Shown here piece by piece: positions 9,675 to 17,312 of a stretch of DNA of 46,129 bases (position 1 is the stretch's first letter; the number at the start of each line of letters is the position of its first letter). Under the pieces are notes generated by a model, which worked only from the letters and a program-made list of their open reading frames with translations, did no database searches and was not told the origin of the DNA. The translations under genes were made by a program, and so were the position numbers. Source of the stretch: an uncultured Victivallaceae bacterium (lineage in GTDB: Bacteria; Verrucomicrobiota; Lentisphaeria; Victivallales; Victivallaceae); the NCBI GenBank assembly GCA_964599205.1, contig CAZRFG010000001.1, positions 1 through 46,129 on the forward strand, in the 5' to 3' direction.

Positions 9675-10151
9675 TCAGGCGCGAGACGCCGTTTCCGGCG
9701 GCGGCAGCGGGGCCATGATCACTTCCGAGGGCCCCTCCGAAGCGGGGCGAATGACCATCCGGCACTGGGGAACCGCCCGATCCACCAGATTGTACTCAGC
9801 GCTGAAGCCGGCTTTGTCCAGCAGCGGCAGAACCCAGCCCGGGCAGTGGTCGCAGTATTTGGCGCAGGGGCCGGCGTCGTTGTCGATTACTTTGCTGAGA
9901 CTCGGACAGCGGAGCATGGTCAAAATCAGCCGGTCAGGTTCGAGGTCGAGGGTCATTTCACAATTTTCCTCGATCCGGATGTGATCCCAGTATTCGTACA
10001 TGCCGCGCAGTCCGCGGGTGCGGAAAAGTTCCAGGCAATGATGCTCCTGATGACGTGAAATTTCGCGGTAATATGCGTCCAGCGCATTGCGTTCATCGAG
10101 GAATTTAAACACCTCGTTATAGAAACGAACAAAGTGATCGCTCGGAATCAT
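9675..10151 (-). CDS. Small cysteine-motif protein, paralog B (ATC-hydrolase-like family, PF14196-like, tentative)
   Basis: ATG at 10151 preceded by GGAGGAG, with an ATGA overlap on the upstream gene. The motif ..RCPSL..(n)..C..YCDHCPGW..(n)..QCRMVI parallels that of the upstream paralog. Confidence 0.6.
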   Translation of the reverse strand: MIPSDHFVRFYNEVFKFLDERNALDAYYREISRHQEHHCLELFRTRGLRGMYEYWDHIRIEENCEMTLDLEPDRLILTMLRCPSLSKVIDNDAGPCAKYCDHCPGWVLPLLDKAGFSAEYNLVDRAVPQCRMVIRPASEGPSEVIMAPLPPPETASRA

Positions 10152-10591
10152 CGGTTCTCCTCCCGGTGAAAACGCTGCCGGCAATGCCCCTCGCCGAGCA
10201 CCGTCAACTCGGCGCACCACGGCGTTCCGTCGCAGATGCCGGCGTTGACTTCTTCGGTCTGCATGCAGAACCACGGTGAAGGGGACAAACCCATTTTTCG
10301 GAGCTGGCGGAGGGCCGGACACTCGAAAACCTCGAGCGTGATGTCATCCGGCGCGACCGTCAAATGGTATTTGGCGGACTCCCGGAAATAAAACCAGTTG
10401 AGGTGTTCGAGCAGCTCCGAAGCGTCGCCCCGGGCCAGCTTTTCGCGGATCGAGCGATATACTTCACGGCCGGTTTTCCGGAGGATCAAACGGAGCGCGT
10501 CGACGCCGAAGTTCCCGGCCACGTATGTCAGCGTGGCATTGGTCACGCCGTGGAAATCCAAATGGAGCTCATTGTTTTCGCGGTATCGCAT
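10148..10591 (-). CDS. Small cysteine-motif protein, paralog A (ATC-hydrolase-like family, tentative)
   Basis: MRYRENNELHLDFHG.. start lies 2 nt after the aldolase stop. Motif ..ECPALRQL..FCMQTEEVNAGICDG..GHCRQRF. Confidence 0.6.
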   Translation of the reverse strand: MRYRENNELHLDFHGVTNATLTYVAGNFGVDALRLILRKTGREVYRSIREKLARGDASELLEHLNWFYFRESAKYHLTVAPDDITLEVFECPALRQLRKMGLSPSPWFCMQTEEVNAGICDGTPWCAELTVLGEGHCRQRFHREENR

Positions 10592-10593
10592 GA

Positions 10594-11490
10594 TCAGTCC
10601 AGCTCGGCGGCGAAATCCGCCAGACATTGTTCGATCTCCCGCTTCCGGATATCGGTCAGCGAGTCCATCTCCTGCGCCAGCGTCAGCGGCGAACTCAGGA
10701 GCCCGAGGCGGCAGAGCGCATATTTTTCGCCGCTCCAGACCGTTTCCAGCCGCGTGCCGTATACGCCGTGGAAAATCCGGATCAGCACATTCTGCAGCCG
10801 GATCGCCTCGGCGAAATAGCCGGCGTCGACCGCCCGCGCCAGCTTGACCATCGGCTTGGAAGCCAGCGCCCCCATACCGCAGACCATGCCGTCGTTGCCG
10901 ACCATCAGCGATTCATCGACCGCCCACTCCTGCCCCTCAAAAAGCAGCGTCGCAAAGCCCCGGTCGCGGCGCAAGAGCAAAAGTTCGCGGCGCAGATACA
11001 TGTCAGACGAGGAATTTTTGATCCCCTTCAAGTTCGGATGCGCCATGATCCGGGCGAACTGCTCAAGCGACAGCGCGATGCCGTTGTTGGGCGGGCAGTG
11101 GTAATAGTAAACCGGGCGGTCGGCGGCATCCAGCACGGTCAGGATCGATTTGACCGGGTCCCGCAGCGAAGTCCGCCCCGGCAGCATGAAGACATAACTG
11201 TCGAACGCGTACGGCGCGTACTTGCGGAGATTGGCCAGCGCCAAATCGAGACCGGTGGCGGAAATCCCGACCATGAGCTCGGTCCGCCCCCCGACAATCG
11301 CCGAGCTCTCCCGGACCAATTCGAGTTTGAACTCATCGCAGAAACTCCCCCACTCCCCGATCGACCCGAGAATGAAAATCCCGTCGATGCCGTGGCGGAT
11401 GTTCCGCTCAAAAACCTTTGCCAGTCCGGCCCGGTCAAGCGACCCGTCCGGCAGCAATGGCGTGATCGTCGCTGAAACTGCTTTTTTCAT
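10594..11490 (-). CDS. DHDPS / N-acetylneuraminate lyase family class I aldolase
   Basis: ITPLLPDGSLD.., ILGSIGEW (GxxGE motif), YYYHCPP (Tyr motif), and LKGIKNSS (Schiff-base Lys context). RBS AAGGGA. Confidence 0.75.
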   Translation of the reverse strand: MKKAVSATITPLLPDGSLDRAGLAKVFERNIRHGIDGIFILGSIGEWGSFCDEFKLELVRESSAIVGGRTELMVGISATGLDLALANLRKYAPYAFDSYVFMLPGRTSLRDPVKSILTVLDAADRPVYYYHCPPNNGIALSLEQFARIMAHPNLKGIKNSSSDMYLRRELLLLRRDRGFATLLFEGQEWAVDESLMVGNDGMVCGMGALASKPMVKLARAVDAGYFAEAIRLQNVLIRIFHGVYGTRLETVWSGEKYALCRLGLLSSPLTLAQEMDSLTDIRKREIEQCLADFAAELD

Positions 11491-11689
11491 ACCATCCCTT
11501 TTCCGTTATTGTGATCCTGCCGACCTCATCGAGGGGGCGCTTCCGCCAATGGTTTCATCTCTCCGTCGCCGCCCGGCGTCCGGGGCGCTTGAAGCTCCCC
11601 GCTGACGGCCGAGCCCGGCCGCTGCGCGATCGCGCCGCGAAACCGGGCGCGGATTGAGATTGCATGTATTTGCCCGCGAAACCGGAAAA

Positions 11690-12349
11690 TCACCAGTTTA
11701 TGTAAGGCTCGAAGTGCGCGCGGAGGATTTTCTGGAACTCTTCGCGGGTGCCCTTTGCCAGCACATCGCAAATCTGCTGATGGGATGGAGTGTTCCCCTC
11801 GGGTTTGACGAAGATTCGTTTTTGATAGACGGGCTCGAAAGCGTTCGAAAGGATGTGGCGGAATTGATCGGCCATGGCGTTGCCGCCGATGGCAAAGAGT
11901 CTGCTGTGGAACGCCAGTTCATCCTCGATGGCCTGGGTGCTTTGCGCTTTGCCGGCGACCTTGCGCAATTCGGCGATCGTCTCCGGCGTCTTGCGGTCAA
12001 AGATGAAGTTGGCCATGCCGAGCTCCATCACCACGCGGATCCCCATCAGCTGATGACACTCTTCGGCGGAGAACAGTTCGGCCTCGGCGAGCTTGCTGAC
12101 CCCGGCGAAGGCATTCGGACGGCTCAGGACGGTGCCTTTGCGTTTGCGCGCCTCGACCAAACCGAGCGTTTTCAAGCGGCTGACGCCTTCGCGCACAATG
12201 TTGCGGCTGACGTTCAGGCGGGAGGCGATTTCCGCTTCTTTCGGCAGCAGGTCTCCCGGCCGCAGACCGGAATTCCGGATGTATTTCAAAAGGCAGTCTT
12301 CCACCCCGTCTGCCAGAGTCACCGACTTGAGATTGTCCAGTGTTTCCAT
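11690..12349 (-). CDS. GntR-family transcriptional regulator, FadR/FCD subfamily
   Basis: LRPGDLLPKEAEIASRLNVSRNIVREGVSRLKTLGLVEARKRKGTVL followed by an all-helical C-terminal domain. RBS AGGATGA. Confidence 0.85.
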   Translation of the reverse strand: METLDNLKSVTLADGVEDCLLKYIRNSGLRPGDLLPKEAEIASRLNVSRNIVREGVSRLKTLGLVEARKRKGTVLSRPNAFAGVSKLAEAELFSAEECHQLMGIRVVMELGMANFIFDRKTPETIAELRKVAGKAQSTQAIEDELAFHSRLFAIGGNAMADQFRHILSNAFEPVYQKRIFVKPEGNTPSHQQICDVLAKGTREEFQKILRAHFEPYINW

Positions 12350-12380
12350 ATTTCATCCTATATGTTCAACTTATTATACA

Positions 12381-12409
12381 TATATTATATCAAAAAACCG
12401 ACTTGTCAA
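12381..12409 (-). promoter_or_regulatory. Putative promoter of the FadR-type regulator gene
   Basis: On the minus strand, TTGACA (12409-12404), then 17 nt, then AATATA (12386-12381). The -10 assignment is ambiguous because the region is AT-rich. Confidence 0.4.
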
Positions 12410-12842
12410 CTCCTTTTTCGAAAAAAATATGATTTTTGCAGCGGGTTTGCCTCCGGCCTCATGCCGGTAACGCGAACGGAGATGATTTGCCCCCGTCCGG
12501 GCGCTTTGCGGGCGCCTCACAAGTTGAAGGAAAGAAAGAAGGTCCGGAACGGCTTGACGGATTGCCCGGTCGCCGCTTGCCGGGATACCGGCATCCGGCA
12601 GCGCGATGATCCCGGTGGCCCCGGTCAACGCAACCTCGTCTCCCCGGTTGTACGGATCCTGACCGGTGACGGGGCCGCGAATGGACCGCTGAAGGGTTCA
12701 AGATCGATTGGGGATAACCATCAAAAGCATGGCAAGAGGATTTACCGCGCAACCCGGCGCCACGGCCAGGCGACCCGTTTCGACGCGGGGGATACCCGGG
12801 ATCGCCCCTCCCGGGCCGGGGGAGTGGCGATGGTTGCCGGCC

Positions 12843-13745
12843 CTAAAGCCGTTGCCGGCAGCTGACTTCGTGGCAGGCGCAAAGTTCGAGAAAATTTCGC
12901 AGCGGAGCGGATGAATTGCCTTCACTCCAGGCCGCCATGATTTCGACCATCGGCAAACCCGGCCCGAGCGGACGGAATTCGATTCCCGGGGGGGCGGTCA
13001 GGCGGCTGGATTCTGGGACAATGCCGATCCCCAGCCCGGCGCGGATCAGCGACAGCATGGTCGCCTTGCTGCCGGCTTCCTGACGGATCAGGGGATCGAC
13101 GCCCGCCGACCGCAACGCCTCCAGGACATCATCATATACGGCCGGATTGGAACGCCGGGAGAACATCACCAGCTCCTGATTTTGCAGCTTTGCCACCGGC
13201 ACAATTTCGCGCTCCAGCAGCGGATGCTCCGCCGGGAGCGCCAGCAGATACGCTTCACGGTAAAGCAGCCGGGTGGCGACGCCGGCATGATTGTCGCCGA
13301 AAGCGCGGAGCAAAGCCAGGTCGATTTCCTGATTTTGCAGCATGACCAGCTGCGCCGCGGTCTCCATTTCGAACAGCTTCAATTCCACCTCCGGGTAGCG
13401 GCGCCGGAATGAATTGACCGCCTGCGGCAGTATGGTGTTCAGCACCGGCTCGTTAAAGCCGACGGCGAGGACGCCGCCGCGGCCGGCGGCAAGCCGGGCC
13501 ATCCGTTCGGACATCATCTGCGTCCGGTTGAGGATGCTGCGGGCTTCTTCGAGAAAGACTTTGCCGGCGCCGGTCAACTCGACCACCCGGCTGCTGCGCT
13601 TGAAGAGTTTCACGCCCAATTCATCTTCCAGCTTCATGATCTGCTGGCTCAAGGGCGGCTGGGAGATGTGCAAACGCCTGGCGGCCCTTCCGAAATGAAG
13701 CTCTTCGGCTACCGCCACAAAATTTTTGAGATGGGTCAGTTCCAT
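12843..13745 (-). CDS. LysR-family transcriptional regulator
   Basis: MELTHLKNFVAVAEELHFGRAARRLHISQPPLSQQIMKLEDELGVKLF is a canonical LysR HTH. It is divergent from the hydro-lyase cassette. Confidence 0.9.
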   Translation of the reverse strand: MELTHLKNFVAVAEELHFGRAARRLHISQPPLSQQIMKLEDELGVKLFKRSSRVVELTGAGKVFLEEARSILNRTQMMSERMARLAAGRGGVLAVGFNEPVLNTILPQAVNSFRRRYPEVELKLFEMETAAQLVMLQNQEIDLALLRAFGDNHAGVATRLLYREAYLLALPAEHPLLEREIVPVAKLQNQELVMFSRRSNPAVYDDVLEALRSAGVDPLIRQEAGSKATMLSLIRAGLGIGIVPESSRLTAPPGIEFRPLGPGLPMVEIMAAWSEGNSSAPLRNFLELCACHEVSCRQRL

Positions 13746-13762
13746 TGTTTTGCCATATTGCG

Positions 13763-13785
13763 GATTGATTTTTTATATGTATCAA
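13763..13785. promoter_or_regulatory. LysR-type T-N11-A palindrome (ATTGAT-N11-ATCAAT)
   Basis: ATTGAT (13763-13768), 11-nt AT-rich spacer, ATCAAT (13780-13785), in the divergent intergenic region. A further ATCAAT is at 13810-13815. Confidence 0.55.
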
Positions 13786-13905
13786 TAAAATACATTCATA
13801 CTTTTAAAAAATCAATATGCGGCATTATATTTTTCCCATGAACTCGACACCATCCTGATTCCGTGCGGGAATCGGGTGGCGGGTCCGATATTTCAGGAGG
13901 TTGTG

Positions 13906-14802
13906 ATGTTTTCCGAAGAACTGTTGACTCAAGCCATGTACACGGCGATGCACCGCGCCGCGGTGGAAATGCCGCCTGACGTCCGCGCCGCGCTGGAACA
14001 GGCCCTCGATGAAGAAACCGAACCGATGGCCCGGCGGCATCTCGAAGTGAGTTTGCGCAACGCCGATCTGGCCGCCCGCGGCGAAGGGCTGGTCTGCGCC
14101 GACACCGGATTCCCGTTGTTTTTCATTCGGGCCGGCGATCAGGTGGAAATCGAGGGCGGCTTCGCAACCCTTTACCGCGCGGCGGCGGGAGCGGTGGAAC
14201 AGGCGACCGCCGAGTGTTTCCTGCGTCCCACGATGGTCAATCCGCTCGACCGCGGCAATCCCGGCAGCAATGTCGGACCGGGAATGCCGAAAATCGACCT
14301 GGCGTTCGGCGGAGCCGCCGATACGCTGGAAATCATCGCGGCTCCGAAGGGCGGCGGGTCTGAAATCTTCGGAACCTTTTACCGGATGCTGTTTCCCTCG
14401 GACGGCGTCGCCGGCATCAAGCAATTCGTCATGGAGTGCATCGTCAACTCATGCTATGCCGGCAAAATCTGCCCCCCGGCGATCATCGGCGTCGGCATCG
14501 GCGGCACCGCCGATCTCTGCATGGCCATGGCCAAAAAAGCCGCTTTGCTGCGCCGGATCGGCGTCCGCAATGCCGATCCGGCGGTAGCCCGACTGGAGAC
14601 CGAGTTGCACCAGGCGTCGCGCAAACTCGGGATCGGACCGATGGGGTCGCGCGGCATCAACGCCGTGCTGGCGCTGAACATCGAGTGCGCGCTCACCCAC
14701 ACGGCGGCGCTGCCGGTGGCATTCAACGCCCAGTGCCTGGTCGGACGCCGCTGCAAAGCCGTCCTGCGCCCCGACTCAATCCAATACACCGGAGAACTCT
14801 GA
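13906..14802 (+). CDS. Fe-S type hydro-lyase alpha subunit (class I fumarate hydratase / L(+)-tartrate dehydratase family)
   Basis: AGGAGG RBS before the ATG at 13906. GLVCADTGFPLFF and NSCYAGKICPPAIIGVGIGGT motifs supply the cluster Cys context. Confidence 0.8.
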   Translation: MFSEELLTQAMYTAMHRAAVEMPPDVRAALEQALDEETEPMARRHLEVSLRNADLAARGEGLVCADTGFPLFFIRAGDQVEIEGGFATLYRAAAGAVEQATAECFLRPTMVNPLDRGNPGSNVGPGMPKIDLAFGGAADTLEIIAAPKGGGSEIFGTFYRMLFPSDGVAGIKQFVMECIVNSCYAGKICPPAIIGVGIGGTADLCMAMAKKAALLRRIGVRNADPAVARLETELHQASRKLGIGPMGSRGINAVLALNIECALTHTAALPVAFNAQCLVGRRCKAVLRPDSIQYTGEL

Positions 14803-15428
14803 TGAAAGACCTGAAACTGCCTCTGTCCGCTCAGGACGCCGCGCAACTTGAACTCGGCGAAATCGTGACCGTCAGCGGTCTGATTTTCACCGGGCGCAGC
14901 CGTTTCCATATCCGGGCGATTGAGAATGATACCTATCCGCCGCTCGATTACGGGCGGATCAACTGTTTTTTTCATGTCGGTCCGGTGATGAAGAATACGG
15001 GGGAGGACTGGGAAGTCGTCAGCATCGAACCGACTTCCAGCATCCGTTTCGAACGCTACGGCGCCGACGTGGTGCGCAAGTTCAAGCTGCGCACCTTGAT
15101 CGGCAAAACCACCATGGGCGTCCGCACCGCCGAGGCGCTGAAAGAGGTCGGCGGCGTCTATCTGTCCAAGATCGGCCTGAGCGGAAACTCCCTGCGCAAA
15201 CAGGTCAAAAAAGTGCGCGAAGTTCATTTTCTGAACGAGCTGGGGAAAACCGAAGCCACCTGGGTATTCGAGGTGGAGAAATTCGGGCCGTTCTTCGTCG
15301 CCATCGATGCCGGAGGAAGAAACTATTTCGAACAGCTGGCGCGGGATGTCGAACCGGCCCAAGCGCAATGTTTCCGGGAACTCGGCATCCCCGTCGACTA
15401 CGTTCGCACCGAGGTGAATCATGGATGA
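14802..15428 (+). CDS. Fe-S type hydro-lyase beta subunit (fumarate/tartrate family)
   Basis: The ATG overlaps the alpha-subunit stop by 1 nt. LELGEIVTVSGLIFTGRSRFHIRAIE.. and LIGKTTMG are typical of the beta/C-terminal domain. Confidence 0.75.
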   Translation: MKDLKLPLSAQDAAQLELGEIVTVSGLIFTGRSRFHIRAIENDTYPPLDYGRINCFFHVGPVMKNTGEDWEVVSIEPTSSIRFERYGADVVRKFKLRTLIGKTTMGVRTAEALKEVGGVYLSKIGLSGNSLRKQVKKVREVHFLNELGKTEATWVFEVEKFGPFFVAIDAGGRNYFEQLARDVEPAQAQCFRELGIPVDYVRTEVNHG

Positions 15429-16740
15429 AATCCGTTATCTGTCGCTGTGCGGGCTGCTGGGTTACGGCTACGCGCCGGAAAGCCTTGCCGACGCGCTCGA
15501 CCGGGATCTCCATTTCATCGGAGTGGACGGCGGCTCCACCGACCCCGGCCCCTATTATTTGGGCAGCGGCGCGGGATTCGTCAAGCGCATGCAAGTCAAG
15601 CGTGACCTGAGTCTGGTGCTGCCGGAAGTACTGAAGCGCCGGATTCCGCTGATCATCGGCAGCGCCGGGGGATCGGGGGCGCGGCCGCATGTGGATGCGA
15701 CTTTGGAGATCCTCCGCGAAATTGCCCGCGAACAAAAACTGCATTTCAAAGCCGCGGTTATTTACACCGATATCGAACCTTCCTCGCTCCGCGGGAAACG
15801 GCTCGATTCCTGCGGGGGGGCTCCCGCATTCGACCCGGCGGTGATCCCGGCGCTCCGCAATCCGGTGGCGCAAGTCGGCACCGAACCCCTGATCGAGGCG
15901 CTGGCAACCGATGTCGACGTGATCGTCAGCGGACGGTGCTGCGATACCGCGGTGTTCGCCGCCTATCCGATCCGGCACGGCTTCCCGCCGGGGTTGGCCC
16001 TCCATGCCGCCAAAATCGCCGAATGCGGCGCGCTCTGCGCCCGTCCGACCGGGGCGAATGATTCGCTGCTGGTCACGCTGCGCCGCGATTCCTTTACCGT
16101 GGAACCGCCGAATCCGGTCCGCAGATGCACCCCCGACTCGGTCGCGGCGCATTCGCTGTACGAACAACCCGATCCGGAATGCTTTTATGAGCCGGAGGGC
16201 AAAATCGACATGAGTGAATCGTCATTTGAGCCGCACGGCGAACGCGTCGTGACCGTGCGCGGCACCCGGCTGGTCCCGGCCGCCGAACCGACGCTGAAGC
16301 TCGAGGGCGCGGTCTGCCGCGGCTATCGCGCGATCAGCGTTGCCGAAATCCGCGACCCGGCGGCGCTGGCGGCGTTCGACGCGCTGCAACAGGGCGTTGC
16401 GGACGCGGTGGCGGCCAATTTGAATCGCCGCGATTACAGTCTCCGTTTCCTGAAATACGGCGGAAGCGCGGTGGCGGCGGGGCTGGTGATCGACGCGGTG
16501 GCGCCGACCCAGGAGCTGGCCGACGCGGTGGTGAGCCTGGCCCGCTCCAGCGCCTTGCACCAGTCGTTTCCCGGCCGCAAGGCGACGGCGGGGAATCTGG
16601 CGTTTCCCTTTTCCCCGTCGGATTTCCGCGGGGGCGAGGTGTACGAATTCGCTTTGTACCACCTGATCCGGAGCCGGGAACTTGGACATGAATTCCATCC
16701 GGCAACCATCGAAATCGGAGGCAACGATGAAACTTTATGA
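15421..16740 (+). CDS. DUF1446 / AtuA-like family protein
   Basis: RYLSLCGLLGYGY..IGVDGGSTDPGPYYLGSG..PLIIGSAGGSG resembles acyclic-terpene-utilisation AtuA-like proteins. 8-nt overlap with the upstream gene. Confidence 0.6.
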   Translation: MDEIRYLSLCGLLGYGYAPESLADALDRDLHFIGVDGGSTDPGPYYLGSGAGFVKRMQVKRDLSLVLPEVLKRRIPLIIGSAGGSGARPHVDATLEILREIAREQKLHFKAAVIYTDIEPSSLRGKRLDSCGGAPAFDPAVIPALRNPVAQVGTEPLIEALATDVDVIVSGRCCDTAVFAAYPIRHGFPPGLALHAAKIAECGALCARPTGANDSLLVTLRRDSFTVEPPNPVRRCTPDSVAAHSLYEQPDPECFYEPEGKIDMSESSFEPHGERVVTVRGTRLVPAAEPTLKLEGAVCRGYRAISVAEIRDPAALAAFDALQQGVADAVAANLNRRDYSLRFLKYGGSAVAAGLVIDAVAPTQELADAVVSLARSSALHQSFPGRKATAGNLAFPFSPSDFRGGEVYEFALYHLIRSRELGHEFHPATIEIGGNDETL

Positions 16741-17056
16741 TCTTGCCCGGGTTTGCCGGAGCAAAAATGCCGGGCCGTTCCTGATAACCATCGACCTGAT
16801 GTTCGACAATGCCGCGGACTATGCGAAAGTGCTGGCGACTCCAACCTTCACCCCGGAACAGATTGCCGAACGGTATCAGGTCCCGGCGGCAGAGGTCCGG
16901 ATCAAGCCGTTCGAGCGGATCCTGACCGTCAAGGTGGTGCTGCCGCGCCGTTGTTCATCCGGCAGCCCCGGCGACTGCGATGTTTACGGCTGTCAGCAGC
17001 ATTTCCCGCTGGGAAACTGGGAAATCGGCGCGCCGCAAATTCCCGGCCGCCGGTAA
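16727..17056 (+). CDS. DUF4387-like small protein, the usual partner of DUF1446
   Basis: MKLYDLARVCRSKNAGPFLITIDLMFD.. 14-nt overlap with the DUF1446-like gene. Confidence 0.55.
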   Translation: MKLYDLARVCRSKNAGPFLITIDLMFDNAADYAKVLATPTFTPEQIAERYQVPAAEVRIKPFERILTVKVVLPRRCSSGSPGDCDVYGCQQHFPLGNWEIGAPQIPGRR

Positions 17057-17312
17057 AAAAAGTCCGCCGTCTCCGTTTTTGCCGTTTGACTTGGCGGGGA
17101 TCAGGGTGCAAATTTCATCGCGGCGCGTTTGATCCTGATTCGCTCACGTTCATCGATCGCCGCTTGTTCTTTGAAGCCGATTTTTGCCGCGGATCCTCGT
17201 CCGATACGCTGTACCGGACCGAGGGTTACAACCCAAATCCATCGCGAAAGCGTCAAGCTCTTTGATCGATGAATGATCGCTCATCAGCAGAACTTGAGCA
17301 AAGGAAACAAAA

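Noticed and set aside
12374-12628. 84-codon minus-strand ORF with locally GC3-rich codons, between the LysR and FadR-type genes
   Set aside because: It has only a TTG start with no RBS. Its 3' end runs through the promoter and AT-rich island of the downstream regulator gene, and its translation becomes Arg/Ser-rich nonsense. It is more likely non-coding or a decayed remnant.
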